A stretch of DNA of 64,000 bases from Thermodesulfovibrionales bacterium (GTDB lineage Bacteria; Nitrospirota; Thermodesulfovibrionia; Thermodesulfovibrionales; UBA6898): the NCBI GenBank assembly GCA_044450345.1, contig JBIOIY010000007.1, positions 15,189-79,188 of the forward strand, given 5' to 3'. Shown here one piece after another: positions 29,991 to 40,163 of this stretch. The position numbers were made by a program, and so were the translations under genes. The stretch's first letter is position 1; each line of letters opens with the position of its first letter. The notes below the pieces were generated by a model, which had not been told where the DNA came from, searched no databases, and saw only the letters and a list, made by a program, of their open reading frames with translations.

Positions 29991-30668
29991 CTATTTAAGC
30001 CCCATTCCCTTTAAAAAAGGGATAATATCTTTTATCTCAGTTTTATTCCTAACAAGGTCTATCAGCATTTTCTCCAAATATGACGTCTGTCTTCGTTGAC
30101 CAGCAAAACAATAAAGAACATCGTCTTTTTTAACAACATCTATATCCCTCAGTTTCTCAGATAAAGCATCTGAGATAGGTAATACCCTCATTGCAATGTT
30201 TTCCCGATCTACTCCTGGACCATTTAGGATTCTCGCAATAGCGTCATCCAGTTTTAAATTGAAAACTATTTCCATCACAAAAATACTGTTAAGTTCATCT
30301 TTGGCAAGGACATATTCTACTTTAGATTTGTTCACCAGGTATACGATAGCGAGTTTTTGCGTATTAAGTATTATTGGCAACGGCATACTTGAACCGCCCA
30401 CGATATCAATATTGTGTCTCATCTTCAGCCTTAAGAAACTTTCCGGAAGAAATGCATTATCTGTCCTGCCATCAATAAAATCAGGATTTATTCTGAATAG
30501 AAAGGCTATCTTTTTTATTACGTCTTGTGACAGAGCGGGGACGCCCGATTCAATTTTAGAAATACTGGATCGCTCAACATTTAATCGTTCCGCAACATGG
30601 CTTTGTTTCAAACCGCTTGCTTTCCGTAGTTCTTTTATAAGGGCTCCTACGTTTCTTGCTGTTTTCAT
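29991..30668 (-). CDS. XRE-family HTH protein, paralog of its neighbour
   Basis: IKELRKASGLKQSHVAERLNVERSSISKIESG. Confidence 0.8.
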   Translation of the reverse strand: MKTARNVGALIKELRKASGLKQSHVAERLNVERSSISKIESGVPALSQDVIKKIAFLFRINPDFIDGRTDNAFLPESFLRLKMRHNIDIVGGSSMPLPIILNTQKLAIVYLVNKSKVEYVLAKDELNSIFVMEIVFNLKLDDAIARILNGPGVDRENIAMRVLPISDALSEKLRDIDVVKKDDVLYCFAGQRRQTSYLEKMLIDLVRNKTEIKDIIPFLKGMGLK

Positions 30669-30696
30669 AGAATAATTGTGGCGCGTTCTACCTGAT

Positions 30697-31248
30697 CTAT
30701 TCCACCTTAGCTGGCAAAGCCGCGGCTGGTACCGACAACAGTCTGAACTTGATCACTTTGACGGGCGTTTTTGGTCCCACGGGTTTACGGTAATAACGGG
30801 AATATGTGCGGTAGATGTCATCGTCGGAGGCAAACGGGGCGTGAAATTTTTTATCTTCTGCCGAAAGTAACCCCATACTCGTTTGTTTGACCCAAAGCAC
30901 CTCTGCGACCCCGAAGACCTCCCCAGGGGTAGTGGCGTCCGTATCATTGGTCGCCAGCTTAATTACGTCCCCAGCTTCGATCCCCTTTTCATCATCGATT
31001 CTCCAGGTAATTTGCTTATCCCCCGCTAAAATCTCAGGAGGAATCCTATGTGCAAACTTAAGAACCTTGAACCGCCGGTTCGGTGCTGTTTCGGATATCG
31101 ACTCAAGGTATGAGGGCATTACAGACTCGGTACGCCCATCGCTATGCTTTACTAGGGCCATGTCGCAGCCGTCGCATGTATGAATAATCTCCACTTCCTT
31201 CTTTTCCTCGCTCCCTGGGAACAAAACCCGCAAAGCTCGCTTATTCAT
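30697..31248 (-). CDS. ASCH/PUA-like domain protein
   Basis: ILAGDKQITWRI..GDVI..YY...VKVIKF; AGGAGG RBS. Confidence 0.7.
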   Translation of the reverse strand: MNKRALRVLFPGSEEKKEVEIIHTCDGCDMALVKHSDGRTESVMPSYLESISETAPNRRFKVLKFAHRIPPEILAGDKQITWRIDDEKGIEAGDVIKLATNDTDATTPGEVFGVAEVLWVKQTSMGLLSAEDKKFHAPFASDDDIYRTYSRYYRKPVGPKTPVKVIKFRLLSVPAAALPAKVE

Positions 31249-31463
31249 AAGTAAAGACCTCCTTTACAGGATATGCTTCTTTTAAGATATTACCGAGACT
31301 CTTTTGCACTGCACAGATATGCGCAATCTGACACACCCCGCCACCACGCCGCAGCAGCAGCAATCCGACAAAAAACCGGCCACTGGCGAAAAGGCAAAAA
31401 AGGGTAACAAAAACAGTAAGTTACATAAACTCAGGATAAAAGATACGGATGTCGCTGTAAGAT

Positions 31464-31754
31464 TCAATATCTCTTTCTTCGTAAGGGCCAGCCGTCGGCG
31501 GCAAAACTGGCGAACGCCTCCTCTGCTGTTATCTCGACATAGGCAGACTCGGGATCTTCCGAATTCGGCATGTACTTATAAAATCGGCCCTGATTATCTA
31601 TATTGAGATAAGATCTCCTAACATCGTGCTTATACAGACATATTTCCCTGCCACCAGCGGTTATGCATGTTGACATGTACATAAAATTCCGACAATCAGC
31701 ATCTTCCAAAACCAAATGAAGCGGTCTCCAATTAGTTGAACAAACTTCTTTCAC
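31464..31754 (-). CDS. Hypothetical protein
   Basis: AGGAGG RBS with GTG start; FMYM..LYKH..RRSYLNID motif. Confidence 0.6.
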   Translation of the reverse strand: MKEVCSTNWRPLHLVLEDADCRNFMYMSTCITAGGREICLYKHDVRRSYLNIDNQGRFYKYMPNSEDPESAYVEITAEEAFASFAADGWPLRRKRY

Positions 31755-31785
31755 TCTCTTCCTCCTGATAAATTTCTAAATAGAA

Positions 31786-31821
31786 GGGACGCCGGCGGAA
31801 TAATAAAATTGCCGGCGTCCC
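31786..31821 (-). terminator. GC-rich hairpin after the primase gene
   Basis: GGGACGCCGGC / GCCGGCGTCCC perfect 11-bp stem followed by a T-rich tract on the minus strand. Confidence 0.55.
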
Positions 31822-31827
31822 ACAAAC

Positions 31828-33213
31828 CTATTTCTCTATTGCTTCACTGTACTGTTTCTTCAGTTTGAGATACCTCTTAAGCATCTTAGCCGCTTGCTGT
31901 TTGTAGTCTTCCGCCATATCCTCGTGAAACTTGAAACCGCCCGAGGAAAAAAGCGCGAGCAGGCTCTCATTCATCCTGACCTCAACGCCGTCTTTCCGAA
32001 CAACCATTGAAGTCTTGGGAAACAACTTTCCCATGGTAAGCCTTGCCGACATTTCGGCTGTCATGCGTCTCTCTTCGGGAGAGCTTTCGTGTGCAAGAAA
32101 CTCCGAGGCCTCCAGAGGACTCCTGAAGAGTAGGTGATCAAGGATACGCCGGCGGATATGGGGCGCGTTCATCCATAAACAAACAGAAAACGGAAGCGCA
32201 GAGTTCACGAGAGCACCCAGATCCCCTCCTTTCCTCAGAAAAGAATCCAAGTCCTCGCCATCTGGAAGGACGATTATCCCCCCGGAGCACTTTTCTTTAA
32301 AAAGAAAGTGGGCGGACTTAACAGCAGCCCTCTTTCCAGCCGCATCTCCGTCAAAGACAGGGTATATCCGCTTGCAGTATTTCATAAGGAGCTTCACCTG
32401 GTCCATCGTTAACGCCGTCCCCAGAGGAGCGACGGTATTGGTGTGGCCGTGCTGATGGGCTGTAACGATATCAAAATACCCTTCCGTGATGAATGCATAC
32501 CCCTTTTCCTTGATCCCGGATGGTTTCAGGCCGTAGAGGATATCCTTTTTGGAAAATAAAGGGGTTGCGGCCGTATTCAGGTACTTCGGCGCTGACTCAT
32601 CGAGAACTCTTCCTCCGAACCCTTTCACAGAGCCCTGAAAAGAGATTGGGAACATTACCCGGTTAAAGAAGTAGTCATACAGATGGCTCTCCTTCCTCTT
32701 GGCAAGCCCCGCCTCGATAATGTCCTTTTCTCTATATCCCTTCCCTCTCAGATAACTCCATACCGACGTGCCGTTTGTACAGCCGATACCGAAGCTCTCA
32801 ATGGACTCATCGGTCAGGCCCCGGGTCTTTTTCAGGTAGTCCTGTATGCGGGGGTTCTTTTTCAAGTTGCCTTTATAAAACTCCGCCGCAGCAGCATTTA
32901 CCTGGCATAGCCGACCATTACTCCCGTTGTTCTTTGATAACTCTACCCCTGCCCTCTTGGCAAGCAAATCGAGGGCCTGCGGAAATTCGAGGTTCTGATG
33001 CTTCATCACAAAGGTAAAGACGTCACCCCCGGCTCCGCAGCCGAAACAGTGAAAGGTCTGTTTGCTTGGGGTAACCATAAAGGATGCCGTCTTTTCCTGA
33101 TGGAACGGACAGCAGCCCGTAAAGAGGTTCCCCTTTTGTACCAACGGCACATACTCGCCCACAAGGTCCACGATGTCTGTCTTACTCTTTACTTCCTCAC
33201 TGGCTTCACCCAT
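31828..33213 (-). CDS. dnaG: DnaG-type DNA primase
   Basis: CPFH..CFGC zinc finger; RVMFPI, GFGGR, PKYLN, EGYFD and FDGDAAG (TOPRIM). Confidence 0.92.
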   Translation of the reverse strand: MGEASEEVKSKTDIVDLVGEYVPLVQKGNLFTGCCPFHQEKTASFMVTPSKQTFHCFGCGAGGDVFTFVMKHQNLEFPQALDLLAKRAGVELSKNNGSNGRLCQVNAAAAEFYKGNLKKNPRIQDYLKKTRGLTDESIESFGIGCTNGTSVWSYLRGKGYREKDIIEAGLAKRKESHLYDYFFNRVMFPISFQGSVKGFGGRVLDESAPKYLNTAATPLFSKKDILYGLKPSGIKEKGYAFITEGYFDIVTAHQHGHTNTVAPLGTALTMDQVKLLMKYCKRIYPVFDGDAAGKRAAVKSAHFLFKEKCSGGIIVLPDGEDLDSFLRKGGDLGALVNSALPFSVCLWMNAPHIRRRILDHLLFRSPLEASEFLAHESSPEERRMTAEMSARLTMGKLFPKTSMVVRKDGVEVRMNESLLALFSSGGFKFHEDMAEDYKQQAAKMLKRYLKLKKQYSEAIEK

Positions 33214-33466
33214 GTGCCATCACCTCCTCTCTCATTTTTTTCGTGCGACAACGCCTGCACTTAAATTTCCCGCTTCCCATAAGCTCTGCCTCCGCTGCGG
33301 GGTCCACCAGCTGCCGGCCGCACTTAAAACAAGCGTCTATCCTTTCTTCAGATATTAGATATTTCTTATCGCACTTTGGACAGTAATAGCTCCCCCGCCT
33401 GGTAAGAGCCTTCAGGCGGTGGGAACCACAAGCCGGGCATACGTGATATTTTTCTATCATTGACAC
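33206..33466 (-). CDS. Small zinc-ribbon protein
   Basis: Four CxxC pairs; overlaps the primase start. Confidence 0.6.
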   Translation of the reverse strand: MSMIEKYHVCPACGSHRLKALTRRGSYYCPKCDKKYLISEERIDACFKCGRQLVDPAAEAELMGSGKFKCRRCRTKKMREEVMAHG

Positions 33467-33484
33467 TCTTCTCCATTGTGGCTT

Positions 33485-34078
33485 TTAATGTCGCGGTGCC
33501 AGCGGTTGTGATTCCTGCCACATTTTGGCCCAGTTCTGCTCAAACCTAGCAGCCAGCTCTGGCACTTCCCTTACAACGAGGACACACTCTGAATTTCTAT
33601 CCCTAGCACTTGCTGTAAAATTAAACGAACCGAGCTCAACGCTCCTACTATCGACAGTAATGACCTTCTGGTGCTGGATCGCATACATGCTATCCACTCT
33701 GACAGGAACATTCTGGTTAGCAAGATATATCGCGGCAGTATATTTCTCGCCGAGCTGACTCTTATCAACAACAACCCGGACGTCCAATCCCTTGCGGGCC
33801 GCCTGTACCAGGGCGCCTGCGATTTCCTTCGACGTGAAAGAATAGGCTGCGACATGCACCGATGCCCGGGCCTCGCCGATGAAGCGTACAATAGCCGCCT
33901 CTGACTCAGGGGATGGTGAAAACGCGACTTCGAACGAAGCCGTCTCGGGCACTGCGGTCTTTGAAGGGTGATTCATCAGGCGAGCCATGTCAAAAGCGGT
34001 CGCTTCCGAAGCTAATAACGCGACACAAATGGTAAGAAAGAAAACAAGCGATGCAGCTACATAACGATAGCGTTTCAT
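33485..34078 (-). CDS. Secreted phospholipase D-family nuclease (Nuc-like)
   Basis: AGGAG RBS; signal peptide; FSP, AAYSFTS, HQKVITVD (HKD), GSFNFT and NSE motifs. Confidence 0.85.
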   Translation of the reverse strand: MKRYRYVAASLVFFLTICVALLASEATAFDMARLMNHPSKTAVPETASFEVAFSPSPESEAAIVRFIGEARASVHVAAYSFTSKEIAGALVQAARKGLDVRVVVDKSQLGEKYTAAIYLANQNVPVRVDSMYAIQHQKVITVDSRSVELGSFNFTASARDRNSECVLVVREVPELAARFEQNWAKMWQESQPLAPRH

Positions 34079-34269
34079 GGAATATCTCCTATGGTAGTTT
34101 TTTGCGAAGCAATGGATACTCACATTCGTATCAAGAACGTATGCTTTTTTCACGTTACACCTCCGGTTAATAACATTTGCTATAGAGATATTACCTGCCA
34201 CTACCGTACCCCCCCTGCCCCGCAAGCTCATGGCCTAGTGGCAGCTTTGCATCGGGGGGGGTAACAGGA

Positions 34270-34695
34270 TCAAGATCTTCGCCTCTTACTTTTTGATGGT
34301 TTCGCAATATGCTCCTCGACCGTAACCTTAACCTTGAATCCGCCATCACCGCCGGTGTCTAACACAAAGGCCCTGAGTTCCGGGAATTTAGACAGAGAGC
34401 CCGTCACGCTGAGAAATTTATCAAATTTGTCATACACTCCGGTAAAGCTATAACACACATCTCCCACAACGATCGTATCAGACTGCATCTTTATTAGCGC
34501 CATCTTGTAGATAGTGCCGTTCCATGTGTTAATGACAGTGGCTTTAACTTTATACGTCTTACCTTTTGTCATCGGGATGCAACGCTGGAACGCTGAAATA
34601 GCACCGCCATGCTTCTGAATATACTTAAGGTCGGCGACAGTAATATTACCGGCATCTACGGAAAGCTCCTCAAAATCAAATACAGTTTTTTTCAC
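34270..34695 (-). CDS. Hypothetical protein
   Basis: AGGAGG RBS with GTG start; 141 aa. Confidence 0.6.
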   Translation of the reverse strand: MKKTVFDFEELSVDAGNITVADLKYIQKHGGAISAFQRCIPMTKGKTYKVKATVINTWNGTIYKMALIKMQSDTIVVGDVCYSFTGVYDKFDKFLSVTGSLSKFPELRAFVLDTGGDGGFKVKVTVEEHIAKPSKSKRRRS

Positions 34696-34865
34696 CTTGT
34701 ACCCTCCTTTAATCAGGTGGCCGAGACAACGCTCATTCTTGTTAATCCTACTCCTCTGGAAACGGACATTGTCTTCCGCATTCTTGCCATTCTCTTTAAA
34801 AAGGTAAAGAACCTGGGCGAAGATAGAGCGAACTCCGCCCAGGGCACTTGCTAAATCGGAACGTC

Positions 34866-35999
34866 TTAAGCGGCTGCGGACTCTTCAGTGGACGTTTTCT
34901 TGTACTTCAGTTGGCTTACGACACACTCGTCTTCGGAGACATCGTACCTAATTCCCTTATATTGAGGCTGGAAGAGGCAGCCGCCACCGGCGTAGGCGTA
35001 AAGGTATTTGACATCGCAGATACTGCCCACTTTCGGTACATCATGATTAGGCGGAATCGTCACATTACCGATGGGCAACAGCTTGCCGTCCGCGTAGACA
35101 GACATTTGTACGCTCCGTTTGTCGTTTAACTGCGTAATAATAACGGAAGCGTCTGCCGTAAACTTGAATTTTCTCTGACTACCTAATGACGCTGGCCGAC
35201 CCGGGGAATAGCATGCTGACAGGAGTTTAAAAACAATGCCTTCGCCGTTCTCTTTTTTGACTCTTTCGTAGAGCGCCCTTTTCTCCTGTGCTGTTACGGC
35301 AAGAGGTACGACTTCAAGGCCGTTGCCTGTATGGTCGCGGAGGACTTCGCTGAGAGTCTCGTGGACTTTTACATAAGGCTTTCTTCTGAGATCTATCCCG
35401 CCGTACTCTAATAACCCGAACGTGCAGAGTCTGTCACCCATGTTTTCACCGTCCAAAAAGATATTGCGGTTGAGACGCAGTACCGCATCCGCGATGACTG
35501 GAGAAACCGGAACGAGGTACCCCTTTTTGTTGATGCCCTCCAAGACACCGTTCACTCTTACCGCCAGCCGATCGCCATCGAACTTTTCCTGCGCACCAAA
35601 GCTCGGGTTCTCTATTAACAGATCGACTTCTTCTGCCTCGATCGCGTTCAGCAGCTGAGGCACGTGCCCCGAGTTCTTCTTTATCTCGGGAAGCGAAACC
35701 AACGAAGATTCTCCGCTTACTGCATCGGGAGCACCCTCGAATACCTTGCCACTTACGCCGGGATTTGAATCATAGGGCGGGCTGGATTGAAGTTTCTCCT
35801 TGAGCAAGCCCTCATATATCTTTTCACCCTTTTCCTGGGAAACCCCACGGCCCTTGTTGCCGTATGTGAGTGCCCTGCCGCGTTTGCCATAAGCCGTAAG
35901 AACGTTGAACCCATCCTCCGTTTTTTCGAGGGCAATGTGATAGACTTTGTCAGTGCCGTTCTCCGTCTTACAATGCAGATCAATCGTTTTTACTATCAT
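34866..35999 (-). CDS. WGR domain fused to an ATP-dependent DNA-ligase-like domain
   Basis: TDKVYHI..YGKRG (WGR); QEKFDGDR (motif I), LDGE, EGIVFK, KFKF; OB-like C-terminus. Confidence 0.8.
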   Translation of the reverse strand: MIVKTIDLHCKTENGTDKVYHIALEKTEDGFNVLTAYGKRGRALTYGNKGRGVSQEKGEKIYEGLLKEKLQSSPPYDSNPGVSGKVFEGAPDAVSGESSLVSLPEIKKNSGHVPQLLNAIEAEEVDLLIENPSFGAQEKFDGDRLAVRVNGVLEGINKKGYLVPVSPVIADAVLRLNRNIFLDGENMGDRLCTFGLLEYGGIDLRRKPYVKVHETLSEVLRDHTGNGLEVVPLAVTAQEKRALYERVKKENGEGIVFKLLSACYSPGRPASLGSQRKFKFTADASVIITQLNDKRSVQMSVYADGKLLPIGNVTIPPNHDVPKVGSICDVKYLYAYAGGGCLFQPQYKGIRYDVSEDECVVSQLKYKKTSTEESAAA

Positions 36000-36214
36000 A
36001 TGTTCTCCCTCTCTAAAGTAGTATTGTTGGCGTCGGTCTCACACATGGTCTCCTCCAAAATATCCCTGACGTCAATAATCGCGCCGGCTGTTCTGCCCTT
36101 TTTACGGATTAACTCATCCTGCAGCTTTTGTCTGTCAAGCCATTTCCTGTGGTCGTTCATCTGCTTGATGGAGGAAAAACCTAATGCCTTTGCTATTTCG
36201 TGTGTGTCACTCAT
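35996..36214 (-). CDS. Hypothetical protein
   Basis: GAGGAG RBS; ATGA overlap with the ligase gene. Confidence 0.5.
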   Translation of the reverse strand: MSDTHEIAKALGFSSIKQMNDHRKWLDRQKLQDELIRKKGRTAGAIIDVRDILEETMCETDANNTTLERENI

Positions 36215-36305
36215 GCTGTCAATCTCCTCTGCGCTTTGTCGTAAGAAATATTTGCGGCTTCGATAACATATTTATCACGCCAATACGTGTCCAACCCGCC
36301 GGAGT

Positions 36306-36584
36306 TCATGCTTGAACGTCTCTGATCTCCACCAGGTCGTACACGGGGATGGAGAGCTCGCTGGCCGGCGCACAGTTGGTATACAGGATCTTGTCTCCGT
36401 CCACTTCGACTCTCCCCTTCAAAGGAATGCGGGAAGAAAAAACACAGCAGGGAATGGTCCTGAGCCTTTTCTCCATCCCCTTAAATACCCGGCGCGTCGC
36501 TCTTGAATGCGACTTGTCATTGTTTCGGTGCCTTACGACATAGATTGTGCCCTCTTTGAGAGCAGCTACATCTATTACTTTCAT
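36306..36584 (-). CDS. Hypothetical protein
   Basis: GAGGAGG RBS; 92 aa. Confidence 0.55.
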   Translation of the reverse strand: MKVIDVAALKEGTIYVVRHRNNDKSHSRATRRVFKGMEKRLRTIPCCVFSSRIPLKGRVEVDGDKILYTNCAPASELSIPVYDLVEIRDVQA

Positions 36585-36660
36585 TGTTGACCTCCTCAGA
36601 AAAAAGGAGGGCCAGAGCCTTGTGCGCGTCTGGCCCCATGATTGTTATGCTGCGTTTTCC

Positions 36661-36879
36661 TTATCCTTCTTCTTCTGAACGAAGAAAAGACGGGATATCG
36701 CCCTCTGCCAGAGCGGCGTCCTCGACTGTGACTATCTCGTTGTGGACAGCACCCTCCCCATCGTGGAAAACCAGCTGTATGAGGTTTTCGATGATGTCCT
36801 CTGTTGCCCTATCGACCATCTCTTTGTCGTCGAGATCAACGATATTGCCGATGACGAACTGCACTCTTCCGAGTCGCAT
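36661..36879 (-). CDS. Acidic hypothetical protein
   Basis: GGAGG RBS immediately after the ThiF stop. Confidence 0.55.
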   Translation of the reverse strand: MRLGRVQFVIGNIVDLDDKEMVDRATEDIIENLIQLVFHDGEGAVHNEIVTVEDAALAEGDIPSFLRSEEEG

Positions 36880-36889
36880 ATTGTCCTCC

Positions 36890-37771
36890 TTATGCCGCCT
36901 TTCTGGCCGGCATCTTTTTGGGTTTCGATTTTCGTTGCGTAAGACACTGAGCAGGATCCCATCCCATCCCCTTCCACACAGCCGGGTTTATAACCAGCGG
37001 GCTTGTTCGCTTAGTCTGCAGATTGATGAAGACGCCGTGTTGTGTAAGGAAGCCGTTTCTGAAAGCGTCCCACAAAAGTGTCAGCGCAAAGGTTGAGACG
37101 ACGGTGTTTATTAGGAGGTCTTGACGCTCAATGGCCTCACGGATTCCGCATGACGGACCCTGATAGGACTTTGCTTCTTCTTTTCTTAAATTTGGATAGA
37201 GGTCTATTACGGTGGGGAGATGCCCGATACAGTCGCCCAAGTTTTTCGGCTGTTTGATATAATCCCCTGTTCCAAGGATACACTGGCCCACATTCTTCGT
37301 GTTCCCCATATCGAGGTGGTAGATCGGTTCGTTCTTAACTGCCTTGTGGACCAGTTCCCTCGCAGCAACGTTATCTACCGCCGTAATGACTATGTCTACC
37401 CCTTTTTTCGAAATCTCATCGACGTGATGTTTCTCGAAATCAAAAGGGAGAGCTTTCCAGCGCAGGCCGAAGAAATGGTTCACCCTCGTAACGAGACACT
37501 CCGCTTTGTTCCTCGATATATCGCTGGGCGAAAATAACTGGCGGCCGACGTTTTCCGGGCCGACAATGTCTTTGTCCATGACCCTGAGATTCAGGCCGCC
37601 ATGTCCCAGCGCTCTGAGGGCGAAATCCATGCGCGCAAGTCCCGTGATCATGGGTCCCCCGTTGCCCCCGACGCCGATAAGAAGTATCTCGACGGCCTCG
37701 TTCCCACTTGTCACGAGGTCAGCGGGCAGGTAATGCTTGAAATTGCTAGAGATAGGACTAACTTTCTGCAT
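36890..37771 (-). CDS. PRTRC system ThiF/E1-like protein
   Basis: IGVGGNG, DKDIVGPENVGRQLF, NKA, AVDNVAAR, LDMGN and PSC..AIERQDLLIN motifs; GAGGAGG RBS. Confidence 0.88.
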   Translation of the reverse strand: MQKVSPISSNFKHYLPADLVTSGNEAVEILLIGVGGNGGPMITGLARMDFALRALGHGGLNLRVMDKDIVGPENVGRQLFSPSDISRNKAECLVTRVNHFFGLRWKALPFDFEKHHVDEISKKGVDIVITAVDNVAARELVHKAVKNEPIYHLDMGNTKNVGQCILGTGDYIKQPKNLGDCIGHLPTVIDLYPNLRKEEAKSYQGPSCGIREAIERQDLLINTVVSTFALTLLWDAFRNGFLTQHGVFINLQTKRTSPLVINPAVWKGMGWDPAQCLTQRKSKPKKMPARKAA

Positions 37772-38444
37772 GGCAATCCTCCTCATCGACAGAGAATATA
37801 TCGGCGCTGGGGCCATTAACGAAGAAAAACCCTTCAACGCAGTACCGGGCTGTCCAGTCGAATAACGGCCTGCCTTCCGCCGATCGGTAGTTTCCGACGA
37901 CGACTGAAATTTTGACTCTTCCTCTGTCGCTGATGTCGTCGAGTTGTGAGAAGCGTGGCTCCATCACGTGATGACTGTGTATGTCCGCAACAATGGAATG
38001 CCCGGGGGCAAGTTCACGTTGAAGACAATCCAGAAAGTCGACCGTGACAGAAGTAGACGTATAGGCCAGCTTCACCGGCAGGAACGCCGCGCCGTCCCAG
38101 ACCACAAAACCGGCCCATTCTTTCTTTCTTTCCGCATACGCCGCTGCTTCTTCGATCATGTGCTCTTTAAAAAGAGGCATCACGTAATCATGGAGGACAG
38201 GGAGAAAGTCGTCGCGCTCCTCGATAGAGCCATACGGCAAAGGGGGAAGCTGCCTCGGGCAGTCCCAGAGTTTACGCACCAGGCCGCCGAAAGCACACCT
38301 GGTTTCGATGTAGAGACCGTCTGAAGCCATCAGCAAGCGCGTCTGACCCTCCTTACAAGGGGCCAGCTCAGACTTTTTGGGCACCATGATAGTCGGAAAA
38401 ACTGTTTGTAGCGCGCGGTCAAAGAGGTTAAGCTCAGTAATCAT
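37758..38444 (-). CDS. PRTRC system protein A (JAB/MPN metallopeptidase)
   Basis: KEWAGFVVW and DIHSHH..FSQLDDISD (JAMM motif). Confidence 0.85.
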   Translation of the reverse strand: MITELNLFDRALQTVFPTIMVPKKSELAPCKEGQTRLLMASDGLYIETRCAFGGLVRKLWDCPRQLPPLPYGSIEERDDFLPVLHDYVMPLFKEHMIEEAAAYAERKKEWAGFVVWDGAAFLPVKLAYTSTSVTVDFLDCLQRELAPGHSIVADIHSHHVMEPRFSQLDDISDRGRVKISVVVGNYRSAEGRPLFDWTARYCVEGFFFVNGPSADIFSVDEEDCHAES

Positions 38445-39174
38445 TAGCGCTCCTTTTGTAGAGATCTCTCACCTTGCCGGCTTTCACTAGACACTCGCAA
38501 GGGAATTCTGTTTTACCGCTTCCCACAAGGGACTTCCAGAGGCCATCTCCGGTGGTGCCTTCGAGTGTAGGCGGGTTATGAAACGTGAATGCACTTCTAA
38601 AAAAGAGATCCTCCAACTTAGCGGTATCCGAGGGAGTGGGGTGTTCCGGAAGCTTCACGTTCCCCATGCACTGCCAGTTAAAAAACGGCGTGTAGTACAT
38701 CTCGGTGTCAGGCGTCGGCCGCTTGTTCTCCTTTAGGGCAAAAGTCGATAGCCCGCTTCCGTTGAAGCGGAAGAGGAGAGCAGGCAGCGGCGCTTTCCCC
38801 GAGGGGATCCCAGTGCTCTTATCAAAAAAGAGATGTCTTGTTTCGGCGGGCCGCCACCAAAGCATTGTGGTATTGAAAGAGGTGTAGCCGATCACGTGAT
38901 CGGGAAGAAACGCCATCTGATCGTTGAGCGAGGGCATAACCCGTTTGAGGAGCTTCATAAGCTTTCTCTTACTGATGGGTGAGCCCTCGCACGCTTTCCC
39001 GCTACGGAACTTGTGAAGAGAGAGAAAATGACTCGGGGCCGAAGGACCGGCGTTGTAATATGCCTCATACCCCTTTTCCTCTCTTACGTCACCGTCTCTG
39101 AGCCCGTAGACTACCAAAGCAGCCTCCGCCTCGTAGCTCATACGTTCGAGGTCTTTTATCCCTTCGTATTCCAT
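38434..39174 (-). CDS. PRTRC system protein B (prokaryotic E2-like)
   Basis: WWRPA..R..FF, P.LLF..FALK..RP..T..Y.TPFFN..CMGN, and FFRSAFT motifs. Confidence 0.82.
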   Translation of the reverse strand: MEYEGIKDLERMSYEAEAALVVYGLRDGDVREEKGYEAYYNAGPSAPSHFLSLHKFRSGKACEGSPISKRKLMKLLKRVMPSLNDQMAFLPDHVIGYTSFNTTMLWWRPAETRHLFFDKSTGIPSGKAPLPALLFRFNGSGLSTFALKENKRPTPDTEMYYTPFFNWQCMGNVKLPEHPTPSDTAKLEDLFFRSAFTFHNPPTLEGTTGDGLWKSLVGSGKTEFPCECLVKAGKVRDLYKRSANDY

Positions 39175-40163
39175 ATTGAATAACCTCCCGACATGACACT
39201 CTCAAGGAGCACAAAGGAACGAATCGCTTCCTTTACGGCCTCGAGGTTTCTTTTGTTTTTTACTGCGAAAGCTATGCAAGGGGCGGACAAATTGCCGCAA
39301 TCCTGGCTCCACACTTCCAACTCGTCCTGGATGGCTCCGTGAGTGCTCCACATCAAGTTGAAGAAGTTCTCCATAGAATTCCGGTCTCCTGAGTCGTCAT
39401 GGATCACATCAACCTTCTTAGCGTCCCATCTCGGCCAGGACTCGAAAAGCTCGATAGCCGTTGCGACAAACCAGTTCTCCTTGTCCGTCAGCTCCCACGC
39501 CGTCTTCTTATGAAGAGACTTGATCTTGCGGACGAGTCCGGGGTAGGACCCCTTCATGTGTATTACGTGTTTTTCGTAGTTGTCCGCCTCTTCCTCGGCC
39601 ATCGTCAGGGTATCATCTCTGTCTTCGGAGTCATAGCCTTCCGACTTGTCCATCTCATGGTTGTCCCGCATCGTTTCTAAAAAGTCGGAGGCTGACGTCC
39701 TTGGCGATATAATGTCGAGCAGATGGAAGATGGTTCGCATAAGGGGATAGATATTGGGGCGTTCCTCTTTGAGCTCTAGAAGAAACTCGGCATAAAAAGA
39801 GTAGATTACCGCCACCTCGAGAGTCACCGAAAGGAGTGGCTCTTCGGACTGCAGACCGAAGAAGTTGTACTGGATGGAATGATAGACAGACAAGCCATAT
39901 TCCTCCTGATAGTCACGGAGACCGGGGTTCCGATCAAAAAGTTCGTCGAAGACCGAGGCGAACTGGACTTCCAACAGCCCTTTGATCTCTTTCCTTAAGG
40001 CTGTGATATCGCCTGCCCTGTAGCACCCGGAGGATTTACTTCCTCCGAGTGACAGGTAAAGCTTTTTCAGGTCCTCTTTTGCCTCCTCGATCCGCGCGTT
40101 CAAGCCACAGGCAACGGCCAGCGGCACTGAAAAGGGTATTTTCGCGAAACTGGGGAGTTTCAT
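39156..40163 (-). CDS. Probable PRTRC system protein F
   Basis: Called from its position between C and B and its size; motif evidence is weak. Confidence 0.55.
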   Translation of the reverse strand: MKLPSFAKIPFSVPLAVACGLNARIEEAKEDLKKLYLSLGGSKSSGCYRAGDITALRKEIKGLLEVQFASVFDELFDRNPGLRDYQEEYGLSVYHSIQYNFFGLQSEEPLLSVTLEVAVIYSFYAEFLLELKEERPNIYPLMRTIFHLLDIISPRTSASDFLETMRDNHEMDKSEGYDSEDRDDTLTMAEEEADNYEKHVIHMKGSYPGLVRKIKSLHKKTAWELTDKENWFVATAIELFESWPRWDAKKVDVIHDDSGDRNSMENFFNLMWSTHGAIQDELEVWSQDCGNLSAPCIAFAVKNKRNLEAVKEAIRSFVLLESVMSGGYSIWNTKG

